A stretch of DNA of 64,000 nt from an uncultured Patescibacteria group bacterium (GTDB lineage: Bacteria; Patescibacteriota; Patescibacteriia; UBA2591; CALHIP01): the NCBI GenBank assembly GCA_938030745.1, contig CALHIP010000008.1, positions 2,297 to 66,296 on the forward strand. The letters run 5' to 3'. Every line of letters begins with the position of its first letter. Position 1 is the first letter of the stretch. The notes under the pieces were generated by a model. The model was not told the DNA's origin. It saw only the letters and a list, made by a program, of their open reading frames with translations, and ran no database searches. Below, piece by piece: positions 19,918-28,841 of the stretch. A program made the position numbers and the translations under genes.

Positions 19918-19975
19918 TAAGTTATTATTTAGCTTTAAAGGTCGAAATTAAAATTTAATTTATTAACTTTAAATT

Positions 19976-21124
19976 ATGAAAACAAGAAAGATTTTCTTTT
20001 TCCTTCTTATTAGTCTGCTTTTTTTCAGTTTTTTGTTAATGACTGTTAAGGCCGGAGTCGGAAATTCAGGGAGTCGGAAAATTGTTGTTTTCAAGAAAGG
20101 AATTTTAAACGAAGAGGCTCAAGACGAATTGATTTTACGAACTGGCGGAGTTAAATTAAAAAATCTTGATTTAATTGGTGCTAAAGTAGTCTGGTTACCT
20201 TCAAAAGCTGCTGAGCAAGCATTATTGACTCATCCTGGCATTTTACGGATCGACGATGATGTTGAAGTTTTTGCTCTAGAACAAGTCTTACCCTGGGGAA
20301 TTTCTCGTATTCGAGCTAATCAAGCTTGGACCTATACAACTGGCAATGGCATTAAAGTTGGTATCATTGATACTGGAATTCAACTTGATCATCCTGATTT
20401 AGCTAGCAACATCAAAGGTGGTTACAATGCTATTAATCCGAAAAAAACAGCTAATGATGATAATGGTCATGGTACACATGTTGCAGGTATAGTTGCTGCT
20501 ATCAATAATAGTATTGGTGTGGTTGGCGCATCTCATCAAGCCTGGCTTTATGCTATTAAAGTTTTAAATGCTAATGGCTCTGGTTATTTATCTGATGTCA
20601 TTGAAGGGATTGAATGGGCGATCAACAACAATCTTTCTGTTATTAATTTAAGTTTAGGTACTTCAAGTGATGTCCAATCATTTCATGATGCGATTATTGC
20701 TGCAAAAAATGCTGGCTTAGTTGTGGTAGCAGCTGCTGGTAATAATGGTGGAACAGTCCTATATCCTGCTCGCTATCCAGAAGCAATTGCTGTTTCTGCT
20801 ATTGATCAAAACAATGTCATTGCTTCTTGGTCTAACCGTGGTCCAGAAATTGATTTAGCTGCTCCAGGAGTGAATATTTATTCAACTTACCGTCGCTCAC
20901 GTTATACAACAATGTCTGGAACATCTATGGCTGCACCTCATGTCACCGGTGCTGTTGCTTTACTTTTAAAGCGGACAGAAAAATGCGATACTAACAATGA
21001 TGGCAAATGCAGTCCTGATGAAGTCCAAACAAGATTACAGAATACAGCTATTGATCTTGGTGAATCTGGCTTTGATCCCCTTTACGGTTGGGGATTAGTT
21101 GATGCCTTATCTGCTGTCCAATAA
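19976..21124 (+). CDS. Secreted S8 subtilisin-like serine protease
   Basis: Signal peptide and propeptide; IIDTGI, NGHGTHVAG, AAAGN, GTSMAAPHV catalytic motifs. Confidence 0.96.
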   Translation: MKTRKIFFFLLISLLFFSFLLMTVKAGVGNSGSRKIVVFKKGILNEEAQDELILRTGGVKLKNLDLIGAKVVWLPSKAAEQALLTHPGILRIDDDVEVFALEQVLPWGISRIRANQAWTYTTGNGIKVGIIDTGIQLDHPDLASNIKGGYNAINPKKTANDDNGHGTHVAGIVAAINNSIGVVGASHQAWLYAIKVLNANGSGYLSDVIEGIEWAINNNLSVINLSLGTSSDVQSFHDAIIAAKNAGLVVVAAAGNNGGTVLYPARYPEAIAVSAIDQNNVIASWSNRGPEIDLAAPGVNIYSTYRRSRYTTMSGTSMAAPHVTGAVALLLKRTEKCDTNNDGKCSPDEVQTRLQNTAIDLGESGFDPLYGWGLVDALSAVQ

Positions 21125-21159
21125 GAAGAATTGATTAAACTAGTCCATATCTAGTCCAA

Positions 21160-21705
21160 ATGGATAGATTTATTTATTCTTTTATTAAAATTATTCCTTG
21201 TTGGATCAAACCAAATCATCTTTCTATTTTCCGAATTATTCTAGTTGGACCAATTAATGTTTTACTTTTAATCGGCCGAAATTTAATTGCAGTTATTCTT
21301 TTTGTTTTCGCTGCTTTACTTGATACTTTTGATGGTGTTTTAGCTAGGATTCGTTTTCAAAAAACAAAAGAAGGTGAGTGGCTTGATCCTTTTGCTGATA
21401 AATTATTAATCATCAGTATTCTTTTAATTTATGGCTGGAATCGTCTACCTATTTGGATAATTCTTATTATTCTTATATTAGAGTGTTTACTTGTTTTAGG
21501 TCGACCAATCAAAATAAAATTTAAGAAATCAACTGGAGCTAATATTTTTGGAAAGTTAAAAATGACTACTCAAAGTTTAGCTGTTGTTGGCCTTATTATA
21601 AATCTTGATTTTTTAAGGCGAGGAGTTATTTTTCTTTTCTTAATATCAATCTTTTTTGCTTTTTTAAGTTTGTTAGCTCACCTTTTTGATATTTTAAAAT
21701 CTTAA
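21160..21705 (+). CDS. CDP-alcohol phosphatidyltransferase (PgsA-like)
   Basis: PNHLSIFR, DTFDGVLAR...GEWLDPFADK, GKLKM. Confidence 0.9.
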   Translation: MDRFIYSFIKIIPCWIKPNHLSIFRIILVGPINVLLLIGRNLIAVILFVFAALLDTFDGVLARIRFQKTKEGEWLDPFADKLLIISILLIYGWNRLPIWIILIILILECLLVLGRPIKIKFKKSTGANIFGKLKMTTQSLAVVGLIINLDFLRRGVIFLFLISIFFAFLSLLAHLFDILKS

Positions 21706-21709
21706 TTTT

Positions 21710-22186
21710 ATGAAAATTACTACTTTAACTAATCCCCTTCAGACAATTTTATTAACCTGCCGATATAAAGATAAAGACAATATTATGACTCTTGATTGGC
21801 ATACACCCCTTTCTTTTAATCCAATGCTTTATGCTGTCTCAATTGGTAAAACTCGTTTTTCTTTAGAATTAGTTAAAAAATCAAAAGTTTTTGTTGTTAA
21901 TTTTGTTTCAAAGGATTTAGAAAAAGAAGTTTTGTTTTGTGGCCGACATTCAGGAAGAGATTTAGATAAATTTAAAGAGACGGGGCTAGAAAAAGAAGAA
22001 GCAGAAACAATTAATTGTCCTCGGATCAAACAAGCAATTGGTTATTTAGAGTGTGAGGTAATCAAAGAAATTGAAGTTGGCGATCATGTTTTGTTTATCA
22101 GCAAAGTAAAAAAAGCAGAATTAAAAAGAAGAGAGAAAAGACTTTTCCATCTTTTTGAAGATAAATTTACTACTACAATCCAATGA
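21710..22186 (+). CDS. Flavin reductase family protein
   Basis: NIMTLDWH, FVVNF, CGRHSGRDLDKF, LECEV, GDHVLFI. Confidence 0.9.
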   Translation: MKITTLTNPLQTILLTCRYKDKDNIMTLDWHTPLSFNPMLYAVSIGKTRFSLELVKKSKVFVVNFVSKDLEKEVLFCGRHSGRDLDKFKETGLEKEEAETINCPRIKQAIGYLECEVIKEIEVGDHVLFISKVKKAELKRREKRLFHLFEDKFTTTIQ

Positions 22187-22752
22187 AAATTAGATCTTTT
22201 ATCGCTATTAATTTACCAGACTCTTTAAAAAAAGAGTTGGGTTTTTTAATAGAGAAATTGAAAAAAGAGAATAAAAAAATCCCTATTAAATGGGTATCTA
22301 ATGAAGGACTTCATATCACTCTTCATTTTTTAGGCTCACAAGAAGAAAGTATTTTAGAAAAAGTAGGTGAGGCGATTGAAAGAAAAATTAGTCAGCTTCA
22401 TCTTAATAAAAATAAAATTGAATTATTTTTAACTAATTTTGGTGGATTTCCAAACTTATCTCGGCCGAGAGTTTTATTTATCAATTTAGAAAGTCAAAAT
22501 CTTCAAATTCTAGAAAAATTCCAAAAAGAATTGGGCAAAGAAATAGAAAAATTAGGAATTGAAATTGATAAAAGATCTTGGACACCACATATCACATTAG
22601 CTCGGTTTAGAATACCAACCACGCCTAATCTTAGATCTCAAATTTCAAATATTAAAAACTTATCTTTTGAAGTCAGATCGATTGACCTAATGAAAAGCGA
22701 ATTAACACCATCAGGTGCTAAATATTCAATTTTAAAATCTTTTAAATTATGA
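22183..22752 (+). CDS. thpR: RNA 2',3'-cyclic phosphodiesterase
   Basis: RSFIAI, two HxT motifs (LHITLHF, PHITLAR), LMKSELTPSGAKY. Confidence 0.92.
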   Translation: MKIRSFIAINLPDSLKKELGFLIEKLKKENKKIPIKWVSNEGLHITLHFLGSQEESILEKVGEAIERKISQLHLNKNKIELFLTNFGGFPNLSRPRVLFINLESQNLQILEKFQKELGKEIEKLGIEIDKRSWTPHITLARFRIPTTPNLRSQISNIKNLSFEVRSIDLMKSELTPSGAKYSILKSFKL

Positions 22753-23657
22753 TTTCTATTATTATCACTAGCAAAAAAGAAGAAAAAACTTTACCTTTGG
22801 CATTAAAAGCAATTTTAGAAGAAGAAATCCCAGATTCAGAAATAATTGTTGTCAGTCCAGATGAAGAAACAGAAAAAATCATCAAAGAACTCTCTATACC
22901 TCTCTTTTCGGACGGCCGCGCAAAACAGACTATGTCGATTCGATATTTAAAAGATAAAGGAATAGGTAAGCCAGCTGCTTTAAATTTAGCATTCAAAGAG
23001 GCAAGAGGAGAAATCTTAGTTTTAACTGACGGCGATGTTCTTATCGAAAAAGGAGCAATAAAAAAATTATTAAAATATTTTGACGATGAAAATATCGGTG
23101 CAGTAACCGGTCGACCTGTTTCTGTCAACCCATCAAATCAAATGTTTGGTTATTGGTCGCATTTTCTAACCAAAGCTGCTGACAATCTGCGAAGAAAAAG
23201 ATCAAAAAATGGAGAATACCTTGTTTGTTCCGGTTATCTTTACGCGATTCGAAATATTATTAGAGAAATTCCTGAAGATACTTTAGTTGAAGATTCGATT
23301 ATTTCAGAAATGATTTATCAAAAAGGATATAAAATTGCTTATGAACCACAATCAAGAGTTTTTGTCAAATATCCTGACAATTTTTCTGATTGGCTAAAAC
23401 AAAAAATTAGGACAACTGGCGGATATACTCAAAAATTCAAAATTCAAAATTCAAAACTCAAAATTCAAAAAATGCGAAGCTTTTTAGGCGAAGTAAAAGA
23501 TGGCTTAAAATTATTCTTTACTTACCCAAAAAATTTGAAAGAATTTTTCTGGACAATTTTGCTTTATCTTGCTCGCTTATATCTCTGGTTTTTAATTTTT
23601 TGGCAAATTAAAATTTTAAAAAAGACATCTTGGCCAAGAATAGAAAGTACAAAATAA
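22749..23657 (+). CDS. Glycosyltransferase family 2
   Basis: GKPAALN, LTDGD, GAVTG, LVEDS, DWLKQKIR. Confidence 0.88.
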   Translation: MISIIITSKKEEKTLPLALKAILEEEIPDSEIIVVSPDEETEKIIKELSIPLFSDGRAKQTMSIRYLKDKGIGKPAALNLAFKEARGEILVLTDGDVLIEKGAIKKLLKYFDDENIGAVTGRPVSVNPSNQMFGYWSHFLTKAADNLRRKRSKNGEYLVCSGYLYAIRNIIREIPEDTLVEDSIISEMIYQKGYKIAYEPQSRVFVKYPDNFSDWLKQKIRTTGGYTQKFKIQNSKLKIQKMRSFLGEVKDGLKLFFTYPKNLKEFFWTILLYLARLYLWFLIFWQIKILKKTSWPRIESTK

Positions 23658-23682
23658 GCTCCTGGTTTTAACCAGGAGCTTA
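23655..23682. terminator. Perfect inverted repeat between convergent genes (probable bidirectional terminator)
   Basis: TAAGCTCCTGGTT-TT-AACCAGGAGCTTA. Confidence 0.8.
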
Positions 23683-23693
23683 AACCTTTATCA

Positions 23694-24806
23694 TTAAGAA
23701 AGAAGGTTCCTCAATTCTTTTGGATCATTAGCATACAAAAGAGCTGTTTCTCGTGTAACATACCCCCTTTTCACTAATTCAGCTAAATATTCATCATATC
23801 TAATACCAACTTCTCCATGAACCGCAGAATCTAATTGATGAATCTTCCATTCTCGGATCATGTTAGCATAACCAGGAGTAACAAATACAATCTCAAAAAC
23901 AGCGACCCTGCCCTTACCATCCGCTCGTGGAACTAATCTTTGGCAAAAAATACCAATCACACTTACAGAGAACATGGTGCGAATTTGCGGTCTAACATTC
24001 TCGGGGAAAATATCTACATATCGTCCAACAGTTTGAGCTGCATTTCGGGTGTGAAGAGTAGAAAGAACAAGATGTCCTGTCTCAGCTGCGCGCAAAGCTG
24101 TCTCTGCTGTCTCTAAATCTCGAATCTCAGCAACCAAAAAATTGTTAGGAACCTCTCGCATCCCCGCTCGAATTCGATCTGCGAAATTAAAGAAATCCTT
24201 TTCAAATTCACATTGACTAATTGTTCCTGAATATTTTCTATTATCAAATTCAAATTCTATAGGATCTTCAAGGGTGATCATATGAATTGCCCGTGTCTGA
24301 AGAATGTAATCAGTGAAAGTTGCTAAAGTCGTCGTTTTACCACTTCCGGTAGGGCCAGTCACTAAAATAAGACCATTCTGACGAGATAACAGTTCTTTAA
24401 TCTTGGGAATATACTCTGGAAGAACAAAGATCTCTTCAAAAGAGAAAATTTTTTGAGGTAAGAGTCTGATGGCAATGGCAAGTGACCCCCTTTGGAGATA
24501 AACTGAAATCCGCAATCTAGTAATTGGTTCAGTAGAAAGTGTCAAACTCAGTTCATTATAACCACGATTTTTTATTTTTTCAATAAAACTTTTATAGCTT
24601 TCGTCAGTTTCTTGATAAAAAGGCCGGGATAAACTAACCAATTCTCTGACATACTTAATGATATCATCATTATTTAGAATTGGTTCGCCCTCTATTTTTT
24701 GAAAAACACCATCAATCTTTAATTGAGGCGGTTTATCCTTAATGCATAATAAATCAGAAGCCCGCTTCTTCACTCCTATTTCTAAAAGCTCAATTATTTT
24801 TCTCAT
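23694..24806 (-). CDS. pilT: PilT/PilU-family type IV pilus ATPase (divergent)
   Basis: ASDL, GLILVTGPTGSGKTTTL, TLEDPIEF, AETGHLVLSTLHT, QRLVP..GRVAVFE. Confidence 0.85.
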   Translation of the reverse strand: MRKIIELLEIGVKKRASDLLCIKDKPPQLKIDGVFQKIEGEPILNNDDIIKYVRELVSLSRPFYQETDESYKSFIEKIKNRGYNELSLTLSTEPITRLRISVYLQRGSLAIAIRLLPQKIFSFEEIFVLPEYIPKIKELLSRQNGLILVTGPTGSGKTTTLATFTDYILQTRAIHMITLEDPIEFEFDNRKYSGTISQCEFEKDFFNFADRIRAGMREVPNNFLVAEIRDLETAETALRAAETGHLVLSTLHTRNAAQTVGRYVDIFPENVRPQIRTMFSVSVIGIFCQRLVPRADGKGRVAVFEIVFVTPGYANMIREWKIHQLDSAVHGEVGIRYDEYLAELVKRGYVTRETALLYANDPKELRNLLS

Positions 24807-24809
24807 TTT

Positions 24810-24869
24810 CCACCTCCTTTTAAAGAACTTTCTTTATAAATATTATAAATCTTTATTTATTTTTGTCAA
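24810..24869 (-). promoter_or_regulatory. pilT promoter, boxA-like sequence and Shine-Dalgarno
   Basis: Minus strand TTGACA-16-TATAAT, then GTTCTTTAAAA and AAGGAGGTG just before ATG. Confidence 0.7.
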
Positions 24870-24938
24870 ATTAAACTCCCCAAACTAATTAAGAGGTTAT
24901 AGGTTGATATTTTTTTAATTTTTAGTTAAAATAATTGT

Positions 24939-26477
24939 ATGGTCAGAGTACGTTTTGCTCCAAGTCCAACAGGCTTTTTACACATTGGTAGCTTGCGAAC
25001 CGCTCTTTATAATTTTTTATTTGCTCGAAAAAATAAAGGTAAATTTATCTTAAGAATTGAAGATACTGACATCAAAAGACAGGTTCCTGGCGCTTTAGAA
25101 AATCTTATAATAGTTTTAAAAAAAATGGGGCTTGATTATGATGAAGGTCCTTTTTTAGTTAAACTAAAAAACAAAAAATTAGTAATTAAACAAAAGGGGA
25201 AATATGGACCTTATATCCAATCACAAAGATTGAAAATTTATCAAAAATTTGCTCAAAAATTAGTTAAAAATGGTTATGCTTATTATTGTTTTTGCACTCA
25301 AGCTGAATTGGAGAAAATGCGACAAGAACAAATAGCAAAAAAAATACCTCCGATGTATGATGAAAGATGCCGGAAATTAAGCGAAAAAGAAATCAAAAGA
25401 AAATTAGAAGAAAAGATTCCTTATGTTATCAGATTAAAAGTTCCAGAAGAGGGGAGGATTAAATTTTATGACTTAATTCGCGGTGAAATAGAATTTGATT
25501 TTAAAAACATTGATGATCAAGTTTTATTAAAATCAGATGGTTACCCAACGTATCATCTAGCTGTTGTTGTTGATGATTATTTGATGAAAATTACCCATAT
25601 TATCAGAGGAGAGGAGTGGTTACCAAGTGTGCCGAAACATTTATTAATTTATCAAGCATTAGGTTGGCAACCACCAAAATTTGCTCATCTTCCTTTAATT
25701 TTAAATCCTGATCGTTCTAAACTCTCAAAAAGAAAATCTGATGTTGCAGTTGAAAGTTATTTAAATCTAGGCTATTTACCGGAAACAATTTTAAATTTCA
25801 TTGCTTTGCTTGGTTGGAATCCTGATACTAATCAAGAAATTTTTTCTTTAGATGAATTGATAAAAGAATTTTCTTTAGAAAAAATTCAGAAATCAGGTGC
25901 AATTTTTAATCGAGAAAAATTAGATTGGATGAACGGTTTATATATTAGAAACAAATCTGTTAATGAGCTAACAAAATTATCTTTACCATTTTTAATTAAT
26001 GCTAAATTAATAGAAAAAATTAATCGAAAATTTAAAATTATCCAAACAAAAGAAATTGTTGATTTTAACTGGTTAAAGAAAATTGTAAGTTTAGAACAAG
26101 AAAGAATGAAAAAATTAGCTGATCTTGAACAATTGGCTGATTTCTTTTTTAAGGAAAAGTTGGATTATTCTGCTGAAATCTTAATCTGGAAAAAAATGAA
26201 TTTTCCCCAAGTTAAGAATAATCTTAAATTAATCAAAAAAAATTTATTAAAAATTTCTAAAAATAAATTTAAAACAAAAGAGATTTATAAGACTTTAGAA
26301 AAATTAGCTAAAGAAAAGGGGACGGGTGAAATTTTCTGGCCATTCCGAGTAGCTCTTTCTGGCAAAACTGCTTCACCACCACCAGCCGAAATTGCTGAGA
26401 TTTTAGGTAAAGAAAAAACAATTAAGAGAATAGATGAGGCGATTAAATTATTAAATTATGAAGATTCAAAAAAATAA
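24939..26477 (+). CDS. gltX: Glutamate--tRNA ligase
   Basis: RFAPSPTGFLHIG, RIEDTD, YYCFCT, RGEEW, KLSKR. Confidence 0.97.
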   Translation: MVRVRFAPSPTGFLHIGSLRTALYNFLFARKNKGKFILRIEDTDIKRQVPGALENLIIVLKKMGLDYDEGPFLVKLKNKKLVIKQKGKYGPYIQSQRLKIYQKFAQKLVKNGYAYYCFCTQAELEKMRQEQIAKKIPPMYDERCRKLSEKEIKRKLEEKIPYVIRLKVPEEGRIKFYDLIRGEIEFDFKNIDDQVLLKSDGYPTYHLAVVVDDYLMKITHIIRGEEWLPSVPKHLLIYQALGWQPPKFAHLPLILNPDRSKLSKRKSDVAVESYLNLGYLPETILNFIALLGWNPDTNQEIFSLDELIKEFSLEKIQKSGAIFNREKLDWMNGLYIRNKSVNELTKLSLPFLINAKLIEKINRKFKIIQTKEIVDFNWLKKIVSLEQERMKKLADLEQLADFFFKEKLDYSAEILIWKKMNFPQVKNNLKLIKKNLLKISKNKFKTKEIYKTLEKLAKEKGTGEIFWPFRVALSGKTASPPPAEIAEILGKEKTIKRIDEAIKLLNYEDSKK

Positions 26478-27687
26478 AATAAAATTTTTAAAAATTTTAT
26501 TTGTTTTTTTTCTTTTATTTTTTGTTTTAATCTTTCAAATTAGAGCTCAGGATACTGATGAGCTTAAAGAAAAAATAAGACAATACCAAGAATATATTAA
26601 AGAATTAGAAAAACAGCAAAAATTTTATGAAGAAAATATAAAAATAAAGAGAAAAGAAGCTATAACTTTAAAAAACCAAATTGCGATTTTAGAAAATCAG
26701 ATTGCTAAAACAAAAACAGAAATTAAGAAAAAAGAAGCACAGATTAATAAAACAAATTTAGAGATAGAACAAATTCAATCTCAAATTAAAGATAAAGATT
26801 TAAAACTTTCCGACCTTAAAGAAAAAATTGCTGAACTTATAAGGAAAATATACCAATATGAGAATAAAAGTTATCTTGAAATTATTCTCTTAAACGAAAA
26901 CCTTTCTGAATATTTTAATCTTTTAAAGACAACACAAGATTTACAAAATTCATTACAGAAAACTTATGATGCTATTTTATTAATTAAAGAGAATTTAGAA
27001 GATAAAGAAAAACAACTTCAAAACAAAAAATTAGAATTAGAAAATTTAAAAAAAGAATTAACTCTTCAGAAGAAAAATTTAGAAAGTGAAGAAAGAGCAA
27101 AAAAGAATCTTTTAGAAGAAACTCGTGGAGCAGAATGGAAGTTTCAAAATCTTTTAGCTGAAGCAAGATTAGAAATGAGACAAGTAGAATTAGAAATTGC
27201 TCGACTAGAAAAAGAAATTAGGAAGAGGTTAGAGAAAGAAAAAGAAAAAAGATGGCAGGAATTAGAAGAATTGGGGATAATTGTTTTTTCTTGGCCAGTG
27301 CCAAATGAGGGGATTACTGCTACTTTTCATGATCCAGATTATCCTTTTAAAAAATGGCTTGGCGAACATTCTGGTATCGATATTAGAGCTAACCAAGGAA
27401 CACCTGTAAAGGCTTCTGCTTCTGGTTATGTTGCTCGAGCTAAATATGGCGGAATGGGGTATTCCTATATTATGATTATTCATCAACAGGGATTTTCAAC
27501 TGTTTACGGACATCTTTCAAAAATTAATGTTGAGGAAGGTGTTTTTGTAAAAAGAGGTGAAATTATTGGTTTAACAGGAGGACTTCCTGGTACACCTGGA
27601 GCTGGCCGATTTTCAACCGGTCCTCATCTTCATTTTGAAATTCGAAAAGATGGTATTCCAGTAAATCCATTAAATTATTTACCATAA
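26458..27687 (+). CDS. Coiled-coil M23 peptidase (EnvC/CwlO-like architecture, Zn ligands intact)
   Basis: Signal/TM segment, long coiled coil, HSGIDI, TVYGHLS, STGPHLHFEIR, PVNPLNYL. Confidence 0.9.
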   Translation: MKIQKNKIKFLKILFVFFLLFFVLIFQIRAQDTDELKEKIRQYQEYIKELEKQQKFYEENIKIKRKEAITLKNQIAILENQIAKTKTEIKKKEAQINKTNLEIEQIQSQIKDKDLKLSDLKEKIAELIRKIYQYENKSYLEIILLNENLSEYFNLLKTTQDLQNSLQKTYDAILLIKENLEDKEKQLQNKKLELENLKKELTLQKKNLESEERAKKNLLEETRGAEWKFQNLLAEARLEMRQVELEIARLEKEIRKRLEKEKEKRWQELEELGIIVFSWPVPNEGITATFHDPDYPFKKWLGEHSGIDIRANQGTPVKASASGYVARAKYGGMGYSYIMIIHQQGFSTVYGHLSKINVEEGVFVKRGEIIGLTGGLPGTPGAGRFSTGPHLHFEIRKDGIPVNPLNYLP

Positions 27688-27709
27688 ATTTTACTAAACC
27701 TTCGATTAA

Positions 27710-27728
27710 TGTGTTAATACATTAATAC
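27710..27728. repeat. 19-bp intergenic repeat, copy 1, within a near-palindrome
   Basis: TGTGTTAATACATTAATAC, identical at 31147-31165. Confidence 0.7.
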
Positions 27729-27742
27729 AGAGTAAATTTGAT

Positions 27743-28693
27743 TTATATTTTTCTACCACTATGGAATTTGCGATGGATATCACGAAGACGAGGATTAGTA
27801 ACATGAGTATAAACTTGAGTAGTAGTGATATTCTTGTGACCAAGAAATTCTTGAACAACTCTTATATCAACACCTTGAGTCAAAAGATCAGTCGCGAAAG
27901 AATGTCGGAGAACGTGAGGAGTAGTGATTATTGGAATGCCAGCTAAAAGAGCATATTTTTTAACAATATTTTCGATTGAACGAATAGAGAGTCTTCTTGA
28001 AGTATTTTTTGGACCGCGATAATTTATAAAAAGAGCCTTTTCTTCATCTTTTCTAGTCATTAAATAATTTCTTAAAGCCCTAATTGCTCTCTCAGAAAAA
28101 TAAACTGTTCTTGTTCTGCCGCCTTTTCCAGTAATAACAATCTCTAAATCTTTTGTTTCTGGTTTAATTTTTATTTGATCTCGATTAAGGTTAACTAATT
28201 CTGCTACTCTTAATCCAGTAGAAAAAAGTGTTTCTAAAATTGCTTTATCACGCAAACCAATAATTGTTTTTTCATTTGGTGTTTCTAAAAGTTTTTTTAT
28301 TTGATCTAAACTGAGAAATTTAATAGTTTTTTCCTTTTCTTCTTTAGCTAATTTTATTTTTTCTGCTGGCAAAGAAATAATTCCTCGGTCAGTAAAATAA
28401 TTTAAAAGAGCTCTTAAAGCAATTAAATAATAATTTTGTGTACTTTTTTTCAGAGGAGTTTTTTTTAATTTATTAAAAGAACGAGAGAGCCAAACTCGAT
28501 ATTTCCAAATATGCTCTTCAGTTAATTCAGCTGGTTTTATCTGAGAGATTTTATTTTCTTTAAGCCAATCAAAAAATTTTTTTAAAAATCTATTATAATT
28601 TTCTTGAGTTTTATTAGAAAGACCCTTTTCTACAGCTAAATACTCAAGAAAATCATTTAAATGATTAATAATTGGCTTATTATTTTTCCGCAT
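27743..28693 (-). CDS. XerC/XerD-family tyrosine recombinase
   Basis: N-terminal SAM-like domain; RDKAILETLFSTGLRVAEL, GKGGRTR, TPHVLRHSFAT, LGHKNITTTQVYTHV. Confidence 0.95.
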   Translation of the reverse strand: MRKNNKPIINHLNDFLEYLAVEKGLSNKTQENYNRFLKKFFDWLKENKISQIKPAELTEEHIWKYRVWLSRSFNKLKKTPLKKSTQNYYLIALRALLNYFTDRGIISLPAEKIKLAKEEKEKTIKFLSLDQIKKLLETPNEKTIIGLRDKAILETLFSTGLRVAELVNLNRDQIKIKPETKDLEIVITGKGGRTRTVYFSERAIRALRNYLMTRKDEEKALFINYRGPKNTSRRLSIRSIENIVKKYALLAGIPIITTPHVLRHSFATDLLTQGVDIRVVQEFLGHKNITTTQVYTHVTNPRLRDIHRKFHSGRKI

Positions 28694-28704
28694 AGTATTA
28701 CCTA

Positions 28705-28732
28705 ATTTCGCTTAACCTACCTTATGCGAAGT
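28705..28732. other. Putative dif site (11-6-11) upstream of the xer gene
   Basis: Minus strand ACTTCGCATAA-GGTAGG-TTAAGCGAAAT; arms nearly inverted and similar to the E. coli XerC arm GGTGCGCATAA. Confidence 0.75.
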
Positions 28733-28744
28733 TTAATCCTTTTT

Positions 28745-28773
28745 ATTATAAAGAGTTAAAAATAATCTGTAAA
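28745..28773 (-). promoter_or_regulatory. xer promoter
   Basis: Minus strand TTTACA, 17 bp, TATAAT. Confidence 0.65.
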
Positions 28774-28783
28774 TCCTACCCCC

Positions 28784-28792
28784 TGTGGATAA
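28784..28792 (-). promoter_or_regulatory. Perfect DnaA box
   Basis: TGTGGATAA on the plus strand. Confidence 0.55.
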
Positions 28793-28824
28793 ATCGGATA
28801 AAACTCGTATCGGATAAAACTCGT
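28793..28824. repeat. Exact 16-bp tandem duplication
   Basis: ATCGGATAAAACTCGT x2. Confidence 0.9.
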
Positions 28825-28841
28825 TTTGTTATTCTTCATCT

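Noticed and set aside
27743-28693. Tyrosine recombinase as a prophage or island integrase
   Set aside because: It has Xer-type length and motifs, core-gene flanks, no adjacent tRNA or att duplication, and a dif-like site.
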